A stretch of DNA of 64,000 bases from a virus, in the IMG/VR virus record IMGVR_UViG_3300022223_000004, positions 6,499-70,498 of that record; one strand, written 5' to 3'. A program made the position numbers and the translations under genes. The notes beneath the pieces are model-generated. The model was given only the letters and a program-made list of their open reading frames with translations. It ran no database searches and had not been told where the DNA came from. Shown here piece after piece: positions 47,184 to 57,079 of the stretch; position 1 is the first letter of the stretch, and each line of letters opens with the position of its first letter.

Positions 47184-48334
47184 TATTTTGAATCCTTATT
47201 TTCTGGGAACACCACCTCTCGGGTAGCCAATAGGTGCAAATGATTTGCATCCGACTTAAACAAAAGGGCCTTTGGAGATATATCCCAAAAAGTATTATTT
47301 TTGAAAGCCCTTAAAGCCAATGAAGGAGTTACCATGAATTCAGTGGTTTTCATGGAAAGCTCCTCTTTCAGTATTATTTTTTCCCTTATCTCGCCTGCAA
47401 CGGAAGAGGAACGAAGTTTTAATACCTTGCCTTGCAGGGAAAAGATAACTCCAGGTCCTATAGCTGTTTCATTTTTAAGGATAATGGAAGCCCTTTCCAA
47501 AGCCTTCACTATGATAGGAGAGACTGGAGTTTGAACCGCACTCCCTTTCCCTAAATTATGTTTTATCACATCCTCATAGGGCACTTCCTTCTCCACAAAA
47601 ACAGTTTTGGATGCCATCAAGAAATCCTCTTTGGGAAAGGGTATTTTTGGAGAAATCACCCCCGCATAGTCACCATTCTTGGACAAAACCAGTTTCCCTT
47701 TTTCAAGATCCTTTTTCATTGAAAGGATTTGAAAACAGAATTTTTTTGAAAGAGTGAAGGAGTGTCTCTTTGCTTTTTTAAACACCTTGTCAGGAGCTTT
47801 GAAATGGTATTTGGAAATGGATACATTATCTGTGGAATACATAGTGTATTTTCCTTCCTTCTCCCTAATAAATGTTATCCCTGTGGTGCCTTGTGAAAGG
47901 TTTTGAGGAGTTCCATCATTGATGGAGACTAAACATTTCTCCAAACCCTTGAAAAAAGATCCAGTCAGAGAAAAGGATAGGGTCCTTTTATCTGGAGGGA
48001 AAGAATCTGATTCTAATATAAATTTTGATTTAGGAAGTAAACCTGTTTTAAATTGACTCCTTCCAGCTTTGATTTGGAAAATATCTGAATCTCCTGAAAT
48101 CTCTACCTCCTTTACCGAGAGGGAATTTACTATCTTGTATAGGGAATCCCCCTCCACTCCTCCCTCTATCCCAGTTTTAAAAGGATACTGGATTACCATA
48201 ACCCCATCATAGGCATATACCCTATTTTTGTTAAAGCAATAACAGACAGTGGTTTCTATAAAATTGTCCGTAGCAAGGGCAGGTTTTAAAGCCTGTAATA
48301 CCCTTTTAAATTCATCCTTTTTAATTTTACTCAT
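47183..48334 (-). CDS. sliding clamp (DnaN beta-like)
   Basis: 383 aa with a three-domain pattern, 'YSTDN..I', 'ALERASI', 'L.L.SSS..GE..E'; lies next to PolA and the clamp loader. Confidence 0.75.
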   Translation of the reverse strand: MSKIKKDEFKRVLQALKPALATDNFIETTVCYCFNKNRVYAYDGVMVIQYPFKTGIEGGVEGDSLYKIVNSLSVKEVEISGDSDIFQIKAGRSQFKTGLLPKSKFILESDSFPPDKRTLSFSLTGSFFKGLEKCLVSINDGTPQNLSQGTTGITFIREKEGKYTMYSTDNVSISKYHFKAPDKVFKKAKRHSFTLSKKFCFQILSMKKDLEKGKLVLSKNGDYAGVISPKIPFPKEDFLMASKTVFVEKEVPYEDVIKHNLGKGSAVQTPVSPIIVKALERASIILKNETAIGPGVIFSLQGKVLKLRSSSVAGEIREKIILKEELSMKTTEFMVTPSLALRAFKNNTFWDISPKALLFKSDANHLHLLATREVVFPENKDSK

Positions 48335-49578
48335 TAGTGCGTGCTCCCAGTTTTAAAATTATTAATAATATTACCTAAACTATCCATACTGTCTTTTTCC
48401 TTTTTCCACACCCAAATTGGTTCCACAAAAATATGTTTTTGTCCTGACTCATTCCTTTTATCTATACTGGTACTGGGTCTCGCAGAGAGGCGCAGTCCCA
48501 AACAACCCAAATAATGTGCATCTTTAAAAGTGGATATCCAATCATTCATTGGATCACAAATATCTGAGGACTTATAAGAAACTCCCAAATCGGCAATATT
48601 CAATGCCATTATTCCACCTGGCTTTAATGAATACCATATCCTCTCTACGGTCTCAAACAGATAGTCATTAAGCCACGTTTCTACTTTTCCATAACGGACC
48701 CAAGACTGTCCCTTATCCTTTTTGCTTCCATACCTTTCAGTTTCAAAATAAGGGGGAGAGGTAAAAGAAAAATCGAAAAACTCCTTGGGATAAGATCCAT
48801 CCTCTGAAGGGGACAAATTAAAGGCAAACTCTCTTCCCTCCCCATATAAAGAGATTTGTTTTTTATACCCTTCATGTAATCGGAAATTAGGATCAAACCC
48901 CATGTACCTCTCCCCTTTTTCAGAAAAACAAAAGCCCGCCAATCTATCTCCCCACCCCATAGAGGTATCCAATACTTTCTTGGCTCCAAACAAATCATAA
49001 ATAGTCTTTGCCGTGACTGGTCTAAATTGGGAAGCCACATACTGCCTCAAAGCCAAACAATTATGGAGAGAGGTACTGTCTACCTTATCTAATTTCATAG
49101 ACCATAAAGCATTTAAACAGTACGCCAGTTTCTCCTTATCGTTCCATGCATCATAAGGAGATACAAATTTAAAAGTACCACATTTCATTCTATTGTCCCT
49201 GTGGTAGTAGTCAGACACTAAATTTGCTTTGGAGTTTGACTCTAGGTAATAATTGGAAAGTCCATACCTGTACTTTTTCCTTAAAAATATCCTGTCTGGA
49301 GCCTCCTTAACCAAACTCCTAGTATCTAAGGTCTTTATATAGGAAATGGCTCTATGCAAGTTCCTGGAATGGTCTCCTTTATCTGAGGAAGGCACTGGCA
49401 ATTTATGCCTATTCACAACATCCACTATTGCCCTTTTAATTTCTTCCTTGGAAAAGCTTTGATTAATTTTACTCCAATGGTCCTTATCAATATGCAGAAA
49501 CTTAGGAGAGGAAACTATGAATTCATCCAAAAACAATTTTTTATTTTTGATGAAGTTGGTTTGTATTAAAAGAGACAT
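48334..49578 (-). CDS. amino-DNA methyltransferase-like protein (N4C/N6A type)
   Basis: SAM motif 'VLDTSMGWGDRL', catalytic 'FTSPPYF', 'SQFRP..AK.IY'. Confidence 0.85.
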   Translation of the reverse strand: MSLLIQTNFIKNKKLFLDEFIVSSPKFLHIDKDHWSKINQSFSKEEIKRAIVDVVNRHKLPVPSSDKGDHSRNLHRAISYIKTLDTRSLVKEAPDRIFLRKKYRYGLSNYYLESNSKANLVSDYYHRDNRMKCGTFKFVSPYDAWNDKEKLAYCLNALWSMKLDKVDSTSLHNCLALRQYVASQFRPVTAKTIYDLFGAKKVLDTSMGWGDRLAGFCFSEKGERYMGFDPNFRLHEGYKKQISLYGEGREFAFNLSPSEDGSYPKEFFDFSFTSPPYFETERYGSKKDKGQSWVRYGKVETWLNDYLFETVERIWYSLKPGGIMALNIADLGVSYKSSDICDPMNDWISTFKDAHYLGCLGLRLSARPSTSIDKRNESGQKHIFVEPIWVWKKEKDSMDSLGNIINNFKTGSTH

Positions 49579-50555
49579 TCTATTAAATTCCTTATCTGTT
49601 TTGGATTCAAATCCCCAGGGTCCTTCACCCCTTTAGGTAGGGTACCTATACTTATATCTTTATGGAAAGGAAATAATTCCTGATAAATATCATCGCCTTT
49701 CTCCTCCATTCCTTTATCTAAAATAATCACCACCTTCTCAAAAAGTGGGAGCAATTCAGATAAGATATTCCTTTGTTTCTTTTCCATATTCATGTTAAAA
49801 AGTGCAACGGCCCTGGCTCCTAAATCTTTCCCATACCAATCAAGTTTTAATGCATCAAAAGGACCCTCAACTAAGAATAAAACTTTTCCTCCAGAGCATG
49901 CCAAATCAAAATTGTATACGGTCTCTTTTACAGATATGGAAGACTTTCCTTTCTCTAGGGATAGATACCTCAAGTCTGAATTGGTTATGCTCCTGGCAGT
50001 GTATGTCACTATACAGTTTTTATACCTAACAGGCATGATTATTCTATTCCTGAAATCCTCCTTAACCGTATAATAGAATCCATAATACTTAGCCAACTGA
50101 ATTGGGTTCTTAAAACCCCTTTCATATTGGAGGTAGTGTAGATGATGGGTACAGGCTATATCCTTTTTCATTAACCTGAAATGCGGCGGAAGTAATATCG
50201 CCCTTGCGGACATGGGCTTCACTCTTTTTTTCTCCATTGATAGTTCCTCTATTATTGCTTCCAGAGAGTCCTCATCATGGACGTATGCCTTTTTTTCCTC
50301 TCCAAGTAGACTGACTGCCTGTCTATGTGAGATACCTAAAAGTTTTTGAAAAAGGAAAACTAAACTTTTGCCCCTATGCTTACTTGATCTCCAACAGCCC
50401 CACACTCCAGAAGATAATTTAATTCCTAAATGCTCAGACTTATCCGAAGGTCCACAAAAAGGACATTTAATATTGACGTTCCCCTTTGCGACATTGGGTC
50501 CAGATGCCACATATTTGATTCCATGTTCCTCTAATAGTGAAATTATATCTACCAT
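49566..50555 (-). CDS. DNA primase (zinc finger + TOPRIM)
   Basis: 'CPFC...H....GCW', 'RIIMP', 'LVEGPFDAL', 'KDPGD'. Confidence 0.92.
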   Translation of the reverse strand: MVDIISLLEEHGIKYVASGPNVAKGNVNIKCPFCGPSDKSEHLGIKLSSGVWGCWRSSKHRGKSLVFLFQKLLGISHRQAVSLLGEEKKAYVHDEDSLEAIIEELSMEKKRVKPMSARAILLPPHFRLMKKDIACTHHLHYLQYERGFKNPIQLAKYYGFYYTVKEDFRNRIIMPVRYKNCIVTYTARSITNSDLRYLSLEKGKSSISVKETVYNFDLACSGGKVLFLVEGPFDALKLDWYGKDLGARAVALFNMNMEKKQRNILSELLPLFEKVVIILDKGMEEKGDDIYQELFPFHKDISIGTLPKGVKDPGDLNPKQIRNLIECLF

Positions 50556-52120
50556 AGGAAATCTTCCTGAGACATCCGCCCCTCAATTAAGCATTTGAAT
50601 AAATCCTCACCCTCTGCAATAGATGCCAGAATTTTGGACTCAATAGAAATTGGATGATTTACCGCAAGGTCATAAATGAATGTCTTCCTTTTTTGGTTGG
50701 TTCTATGAATCCTTTTAATGCATTGCTTCCTTTCAAGGGGTGATACAGGACTTTCATAAAAAGTACAATAATTCCCTACTTGGAAATTCCCTCCTTTAGA
50801 GGCACTCTTCCAATTGGCCACTAATATCCTTTTCTCTGGATTATTTTTCCATTCTTTAATATTCTTGACGTTCCCCCCTTTCTTATTCCCTCCCCTTACC
50901 ACTGAATAGGGTACTTTATTTTCCAAAAGGTTTTTCTCTATCAAATCACCACTAGGATTAAACTCATAAAAAACTATCATCTTCCTTTCTTCTGGCATTG
51001 CCAATATCAATTCCTGTAATGCGAGAATCTTTGGATTCTCCTTAAAGAAAATGTATTCCTTTTTATGGCTATCCACTATTAAGAACCCAGAGGATACTTG
51101 CCTCAATTTGTTAAATCTATTTTCCACTGCCTTCTTTTTCTTATCTTTCTTTCCTAAATAGGACATCCCCTCCAATGCCTTTTCATAGTATTCCCTATTC
51201 ACTTCAGGCAAAGTATAGCGAATTACCTGCATTTTCTTTTCAGGAAGATCGGAGCACTCCCTATCCTCATACCTAAGGGATTTATTCTGTATCCTTTTAT
51301 GCAATAAATTTTTACGCCGTTTTCTTATCTCCCATTTCCTATACCCGGAAGGAGTTATAGTCTCTTTAAAAAATGCCTTTCTTAGTACCCCCATTGTGGG
51401 TCCCAGAGTCTCTCCTCTGTCTATTAAATAAAACTGGGCCCATAAATCTGCGGGGTCTCTTCCAAAAGGTGTTCCAGTCAATAGATAGGCATACTTAAAA
51501 TATGCCATTGCCTTATTCAGCATTTTAAAGGTAAGGGATTCTGGATTTTTTGTTTCATGGCATTCATCCAAGATGATCGCATCAAAATGGGACAAAACCT
51601 CTTCCATTTTCTTTTTATCAATGGTAAAAGTATTCTTATTCTTTTTAGGATTAAATTTTAAGGTGCACACCAAATGCATAAGACCTATGTAAGTCAAAAG
51701 GAAAAATTGAGCCTCCTCTGCCAATAGTTGTTTCCTCTCTTGGGTTGTTCCATACAATGGACAAGGAACCAGAGAAGAATGGATACCGATTTCTTCCTCC
51801 CAGCCCTCCACATTCACATCCGTAGGAACCAGAATCAGAGCCTTTTTAACTTGTTTTCTATTATACCTGTACCCTAGGATATCCAATGCTACCTTTGTTT
51901 TCCCTAATCCCATATCCAAGAAAAACAAAAAAGAAGGGAGACAGGCCCCTATGTAAAAACATGCCAATTGGTGTAAAAAAGGCTTAGTTTTTGAAATGTA
52001 TTCTCCCTTCAGGGCCTTTATGTTTCCTGTTAATTCTTTTCTAGATACCTTTTTAATGAAGGAGTAGTCTTCCAATTCCTCAGACAAGAAAGCCTGTATG
52101 GCCTTTTTTGAAATAATCAT
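50549..52120 (-). CDS. SNF2-like SF2 helicase
   Basis: 'DMGLGKT', 'ILDECH', 'LTGTP', 'Q...RIHR..Q'. Confidence 0.92.
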   Translation of the reverse strand: MIISKKAIQAFLSEELEDYSFIKKVSRKELTGNIKALKGEYISKTKPFLHQLACFYIGACLPSFLFFLDMGLGKTKVALDILGYRYNRKQVKKALILVPTDVNVEGWEEEIGIHSSLVPCPLYGTTQERKQLLAEEAQFFLLTYIGLMHLVCTLKFNPKKNKNTFTIDKKKMEEVLSHFDAIILDECHETKNPESLTFKMLNKAMAYFKYAYLLTGTPFGRDPADLWAQFYLIDRGETLGPTMGVLRKAFFKETITPSGYRKWEIRKRRKNLLHKRIQNKSLRYEDRECSDLPEKKMQVIRYTLPEVNREYYEKALEGMSYLGKKDKKKKAVENRFNKLRQVSSGFLIVDSHKKEYIFFKENPKILALQELILAMPEERKMIVFYEFNPSGDLIEKNLLENKVPYSVVRGGNKKGGNVKNIKEWKNNPEKRILVANWKSASKGGNFQVGNYCTFYESPVSPLERKQCIKRIHRTNQKRKTFIYDLAVNHPISIESKILASIAEGEDLFKCLIEGRMSQEDFLW

Positions 52121-52121
52121 A

Positions 52122-53546
52122 TCAGTCCTCTCTCCTAAGGGAAGGTCTTTTTTCTATTTCTTTCCAATACTCCTCTCCGTCGGCTCCAGTTATGTGGACA
52201 CTGTCTGAAATAAATTGTCCAAAAGGAATCCCCTGTGTAGTCAAAACAGTGCCAGAGTCCTCCTCATCCCTGTTTTTAGCAACAAAGAGTCTACACAATC
52301 CTAAACTCCTCTCCAAAGGAGTCTGACAGATGGAAACTACCATATCCGAAGTTGCCGCCTTAGAGTAGTCCTCTGCCATGTGTTTCATGGTCACCCATTT
52401 ACTCTCTGAGGATTCTCTATTACTTTGGGAAGCGGTAACCCCTGCCAAATTCCTTTCTATCATCAAACCCCTTAAATTTCTAAAAACCTGTCCGGTCTCC
52501 ACCCTGATATTTTTATAATCCAAATGCATTAAATCCGCATAGTCCACAATCAAAACGTCTGGAATGAATTTATATTCCCTTTCTATATTATCCAAATATG
52601 TTTCCAATTGTTTAATAGTCAAAGACCCAGTTGGGAATTGTTTAACCAAAAGTCTGTACCTGTTTAGCACAGAAGGCATCCTCCCCTGAATGAATGATGC
52701 CAATCCCTTATTCCTGAAAGTAGGTCGGGTAATTTTTGTAAATTCTATTCCATCAAAATTATTTGATTTATTTCTTTTTAAAATAGCAACTTTATTCCTT
52801 GCCTTTCTCCTTGAGATAGAAAATAGGGATTGGTAGTACCTAGTCATTATTTTTTCTTCTGACATTTCCAAAGAGATATGCAATACATTCTTCCTACGGA
52901 GTAGGCATTGCTTTCCTATATGAACCATAAACCACGTCTTTCCCCTAGAAGGAGGGGCCAAGATGGTTATAATCTCTTTAGGAGCAGGACCCAAACTGAT
53001 CGAATCAAAGTAAGGGATTCCCATAGGGATAAAAGGCGATGATGTCCTTAAATGGTTAAGGACTTTAGAAGGACTCTCACTCAAAAACATTCCATGATCA
53101 AAGGAATGCAATTTCCCTGATTTAGTGGCAGACAGGATAATAGACTCTGCCTCCTCTACGTTCCCATCTTTTAAAAATTTTGCGGCTTCGGCGATCCCTT
53201 TAGTCAACCTCCTTTCTTTAAGAAAAACCGAAAGGGAGGAAAGAATGTATTCCTTATTAATGGAATCTTTTGTACTATATAGATTTTTAAAAACCTGCCT
53301 ATACATTGAAGCTTGCCTTTGATCGGATCCATTTAGCACCTCCTCAAAAACGTCTGGAAGGTGCTCCCCTATTGGGGTATTAAATGTCTCAAAAAAATCT
53401 GCGGCCTCAAAAGCGATCTCCCTGAAAATGGATGAAGAATACATTCCTACCTCAACCGTGTTCTTAATAATGCTGGCTGAAGATGGATCAAAACAAAGCA
53501 AAGTCAAAAGGTTTTCTTGTAATACACCAGAAAAATTATTTTCCAT
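52122..53546 (-). CDS. replicative DnaB-like helicase
   Basis: 'APPSRGKT', 'HISLEMS', 'IVDYADLM', 'TASQ.NR', 'AKNR'. Confidence 0.92.
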   Translation of the reverse strand: MENNFSGVLQENLLTLLCFDPSSASIIKNTVEVGMYSSSIFREIAFEAADFFETFNTPIGEHLPDVFEEVLNGSDQRQASMYRQVFKNLYSTKDSINKEYILSSLSVFLKERRLTKGIAEAAKFLKDGNVEEAESIILSATKSGKLHSFDHGMFLSESPSKVLNHLRTSSPFIPMGIPYFDSISLGPAPKEIITILAPPSRGKTWFMVHIGKQCLLRRKNVLHISLEMSEEKIMTRYYQSLFSISRRKARNKVAILKRNKSNNFDGIEFTKITRPTFRNKGLASFIQGRMPSVLNRYRLLVKQFPTGSLTIKQLETYLDNIEREYKFIPDVLIVDYADLMHLDYKNIRVETGQVFRNLRGLMIERNLAGVTASQSNRESSESKWVTMKHMAEDYSKAATSDMVVSICQTPLERSLGLCRLFVAKNRDEEDSGTVLTTQGIPFGQFISDSVHITGADGEEYWKEIEKRPSLRRED

Positions 53547-53565
53547 TATTTCCCCTACTACTCAA

Positions 53566-54417
53566 CTACAACTGGTCATTTGCATCCCTAAAAAAGGAAG
53601 AAAAGGATATTCCATATTTGGAGAGGTACCGAATTAACTCTTTTTCAGAAGGCTTATCTCCTCCCTTTTCTTCTAGGAAGACCTCACTCCATTCCCTTAG
53701 TTTATAATAAGGAAGGCGAGTCAACCTTCTGTTTAATAATATCAAATTTTTATTGTTAATTAATAATTCTTTTTTCTTTTCCCTGAATTCAGGCTCTTTT
53801 ATTATCCTTAAAGCTGTTTTAATTCCTATCCCTTTAATGCCTGGCAATCCATTATGTCCACCGGTCATGGAAGTAACTTCATTCCACGAATGGGGGGTGA
53901 TACCGAATTCCTCAAAAAAATCCTTGGCGGTGTAAAAACCTTTTTTAGTCCCCTTATATAAGGAAAATTTTAAGTGTATAAATAATTGATAGAGGTCAGA
54001 GTCATTGGACATTGCCACCACCTCTCCATAATCATGGCTTAAATGGGTATAGATGGCTATTAAATCATCTGCTTCCAATCCCTCCCTAACAGCATAGCAG
54101 GCACCAGACATCCTCAAATAATCCATACAAATCTTTTTTGATCTATTTATATGGTCTATGACCTCTGCCTCTTCCTCAGTGAGTTGGCTTTGTTCTTTGT
54201 GGTGTTTATAGTCTCCGCAGTCAGCATACCTATGGTACGGAGGAGAATCTAAGCAATAGACCACTTTGTCTGGACGGATTTCTTTTATTCCAGTGGCAGT
54301 TTGCATTATTATTCCAAATAATGCTCCAGTAGGTTTGCCTTTATAGGACAAATCAGAATAAGCATGAAGGCTTTTATGGAATAAACTACTAAAATCAATC
54401 AATAATAATTTTTTCAT
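53566..54417 (-). CDS. 5'-3' exonuclease / flap endonuclease (T4 RNase H-like)
   Basis: 'LLLID', 'EADDLI', 'SNDSDLYQL', 'LPGIKGIGIKTA'. Confidence 0.9.
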   Translation of the reverse strand: MKKLLLIDFSSLFHKSLHAYSDLSYKGKPTGALFGIIMQTATGIKEIRPDKVVYCLDSPPYHRYADCGDYKHHKEQSQLTEEEAEVIDHINRSKKICMDYLRMSGACYAVREGLEADDLIAIYTHLSHDYGEVVAMSNDSDLYQLFIHLKFSLYKGTKKGFYTAKDFFEEFGITPHSWNEVTSMTGGHNGLPGIKGIGIKTALRIIKEPEFREKKKELLINNKNLILLNRRLTRLPYYKLREWSEVFLEEKGGDKPSEKELIRYLSKYGISFSSFFRDANDQL

Positions 54418-54433
54418 TCTTTTCCCTTGATAC

Positions 54434-54472
54434 AAAAAAAATCCCAGTAGGTAGGAAAACCTACCCACTGGG
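54434..54472 (-). terminator. rho-independent terminator
   Basis: CCCAGTGGGTAGG-TTTT-CCTACCTACTGGG followed by A and T8. Confidence 0.9.
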
Positions 54473-54476
54473 GGTG

Positions 54477-54519
54477 CTTCGGCATACCGCAAACAGGAGA
54501 GAAATAGGTATGCCAGAAG
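54477..54519 (-). ncRNA. 3'-UTR hairpin exposing an anti-SD loop UAUUUCUCUCCUGUUUGC
   Basis: Stem CTTC-T-GGCATACC/GGTATGCC-GAAG; the loop is the reverse complement of the early-gene RBS motif AAACAGGAGA. Confidence 0.55.
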
Positions 54520-54530
54520 TCTATAGGGCC

Positions 54531-56012
54531 CTATTTCATAAAGCCGTTCTCTTTCAGCAAAGATATAATCCGATGGACACGCTCAAACACCACAGACACT
54601 GTGGTGTCATTGACATCCAGTTTGGATTTCTTCAGAAGGGACCTGATTTTCTTTTCAGAGGCTTTTGGATTTTTACAGATGATTTCCATAACTTGTGAAG
54701 TGGCAGATGACTCCTCATCTTCACCATCTTCATCATCCTCTTCCTCAGCCTCCTCTTCCCCTTCAGAGGATGAAAGATAGGCAGTGTCAATGTCTGCAAA
54801 CTTCACAGTTACGATGCCATCATCCCCCTCTACCTTAAGGGCTTTCTTGGAGACTTTAACCACCTCCCCCTCAGCTAAGGTTTCTTCATCTTCATCCAGG
54901 AGAACAACTTCCATGCCTTCTTCAATGTCAGAAGGATCAATTTCTTCCCCTTCTACCTCATCGGCATCATCCTCCTCGGAATCATCCTCCTCACCTTCTT
55001 CTACCTCATCGGCATCATCATCGTAAGAAGGTTCAGGCAAAAGGGCGGCTGTGTCAATGTCCTTTACCTTGACAGTTTTAACATCACCATCCTCACCTTC
55101 TACTTTGATAGACTTCTTGGAGATTTTAATCACCTCCCCCTCAGCCAGGACCTCTTCATCTTCATCCAGGAGGACAACTTCCATGCCAATTTCGATATCA
55201 GAAGGATCAATTTCTTCCCCTTCTACCTCATCGGCATCATCCTCCTCGGAATCATCTTCCTCATCGGAATCATCGGCATCGGCATCAGTTGGATGATATA
55301 CCAGTACATGGTCAATGTCTGATTTCTCAGCCTCTACCTTATCCCCATCTTCATCTTCCAGGATGACCTTTTTCTTGGTCACTTTAAGGACCTTGCCAGT
55401 GGCCAATAGCTCGGAATCGGAATCGTAAAGCTCAACTTCCATGTCAACTTCAATATCAGAAGGATCAATTTCTTCCTCATCGGAATCATCTTCCTCATCG
55501 GAATCATCTTCCTCTTCCTCCTCACCTTCTTCCTCTTCCTCCTCGCCTTCTTCTTCCTCTTCCTCTTCCTCACCGGAAGAAAGGAGCTTTTTCTTCCATT
55601 CCTCAGGATCGAATTCAGCAAAAAGGACAGGTGATTTTTTGGAATTCACCAGGTCTACTGCGGCATTATGCCAAACCTGTGCGCCCTCTGACAATCGGTC
55701 CCAATCATCATCACCCAATTCAGCTATTTCCACTACCAGTCTTTTCAGATAGGCCTTCTCCGATTCTTTCTCGCCGCGAGGATCAGCACCGGTGACCTTC
55801 AGGATGGATTCTTCAATCACATTCCCAGGTTTTCCTTTTGCTTTCCCCTTCGCAGGTGCCTTTTTGGAAGACTTTTTGGCTGGAGCTTCTTTCTTGCCTT
55901 TGCTCTTTTTATTATCAGGTTTCTTTTTTGTGGCCGCTTTCTTCACAGGTGCCTTTTTACTACCAGCCTTACCCTTTTTTGTGGCCGCTTTCTTTTTGGC
56001 TTTTGTACTCAT
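54531..56012 (-). CDS. Lys-rich N-terminus, very acidic protein with three Sm/SH3-like repeats and C-terminal HTH-like domain
   Basis: Three ~58-aa repeats 'EIDPSDIE..MEV.L.D.D.E.LA.G.V.KV.KK.....EDG....V...DID', separated by D/E linkers. Confidence 0.8.
   Translation of the reverse strand: MSTKAKKKAATKKGKAGSKKAPVKKAATKKKPDNKKSKGKKEAPAKKSSKKAPAKGKAKGKPGNVIEESILKVTGADPRGEKESEKAYLKRLVVEIAELGDDDWDRLSEGAQVWHNAAVDLVNSKKSPVLFAEFDPEEWKKKLLSSGEEEEEEEEGEEEEEEGEEEEEDDSDEEDDSDEEEIDPSDIEVDMEVELYDSDSELLATGKVLKVTKKKVILEDEDGDKVEAEKSDIDHVLVYHPTDADADDSDEEDDSEEDDADEVEGEEIDPSDIEIGMEVVLLDEDEEVLAEGEVIKISKKSIKVEGEDGDVKTVKVKDIDTAALLPEPSYDDDADEVEEGEEDDSEEDDADEVEGEEIDPSDIEEGMEVVLLDEDEETLAEGEVVKVSKKALKVEGDDGIVTVKFADIDTAYLSSSEGEEEAEEEDDEDGEDEESSATSQVMEIICKNPKASEKKIRSLLKKSKLDVNDTTVSVVFERVHRIISLLKENGFMK
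54780..55480 (-). repeat. three ~260-270-bp tandem domain repeats
   Basis: tcagaaggatcaatttcttcc recurs at about 54928, 55198 and 55456. Confidence 0.9.
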
Positions 56013-56033
56013 AATATTTCTCCGTTTGTTTCA

Positions 56034-56618
56034 TTATAAAAAATAATCCCTCACTGATTGAATTAAATCAACCTGATCAGAATCATATCCTAACAATGCG
56101 CCTAAATGACGATTGTGTTCCGCTTTTCTCAGTCCTTGATTTTTCCAAGACTCCGTTATCTTTTCCAATAATTCCCTGGGTGCCTCTAAGAATAAACTTA
56201 AAACCGCCCTGACCTCTGGAGGAGCTTTCTCTAATAAGGAAAGCATTTCCCCCTCATTATGGGTCTTATGGATGCCTATAACATGAGAATCAGAAATATC
56301 CTCTTCCATGAAAATTTCAACACCAAACCTCTCGGTTTTTGTATTGGACAACTTATTAATATAATTAATCAAGGCCACTTTATATAGTGCCATAAACCAT
56401 TTAGGATTATCTACCTTTCTGTACATTCCCTTCATTTTTAGGAATAGACAGTGGGCCTCCTGTAACAAATCCTCCCTGTCAAATATATTAGAATCCACCC
56501 GCCAAAAGTTTTTTGTTATATAATTAACAGCAAAACCCTCCAACGGACCCTCAAAGACAGGAATGTATTTTTGTTTCCTGTCAGTTAATTTTCTCCTTTT
56601 AAGTTTACCCACGAACAA
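56034..56618 (-). CDS. sigma-70 region-2-like phage transcription factor
   Basis: 'FDREDLLQEA...FLK....Y......F..LY...L.N.I..L'. Confidence 0.65.
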   Translation of the reverse strand: MFVGKLKRRKLTDRKQKYIPVFEGPLEGFAVNYITKNFWRVDSNIFDREDLLQEAHCLFLKMKGMYRKVDNPKWFMALYKVALINYINKLSNTKTERFGVEIFMEEDISDSHVIGIHKTHNEGEMLSLLEKAPPEVRAVLSLFLEAPRELLEKITESWKNQGLRKAEHNRHLGALLGYDSDQVDLIQSVRDYFL

Positions 56619-57036
56619 GCCTCCTTCTCCTTGCCTTCGGGTTGGTTTTCTTTTTCTTAGTATCCACTTTTAAAGGGATCCTTTTCATAGGCCTATCATG
56701 TGAGGGCCTCCACCCCACAGGCATGATTCGCACTAATACTATCCCCGAAGGAGTTGGAGTGCGCCGCACTCTGATATTATATGGTTCATCTCCTTCTGGA
56801 ATGGGATGGATCTTATGGTTTAGGTACCAAGATTTAGGATTCACTTGGCAGTTACCATTAGGCTCCAAAACCCCATAGGTGGTGTAAGGACCTCCAGGCA
56901 TTTCATATAGCTCACTCCATTTTTTTGTATACTTTAACCAAACTCTTCCAACAACTTTACACTCCCTCATAAAGCTGTTCATATGTTTCCTTACCACATG
57001 CCTTGGAGGAGCCTTTAGTAGTGTATTACGCCTCAT
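56605..57036 (-). CDS. hypothetical basic protein
   Basis: AAACAGGAGA RBS. Confidence 0.65.
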   Translation of the reverse strand: MRRNTLLKAPPRHVVRKHMNSFMRECKVVGRVWLKYTKKWSELYEMPGGPYTTYGVLEPNGNCQVNPKSWYLNHKIHPIPEGDEPYNIRVRRTPTPSGIVLVRIMPVGWRPSHDRPMKRIPLKVDTKKKKTNPKARRRRLVRG

Positions 57037-57079
57037 TCTTTTTCTCCTGTTTATTTTGAATGAAATGGAATATAAAACT

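Noticed and set aside
54474-54698. Plus-strand ORF with AGGAG upstream of ATG 54510
   Set aside because: Antisense to a strong gene, its ATG is buried in a stem, and it has no recognisable protein features; kept only as the alternative explanation for the anti-RBS hairpin
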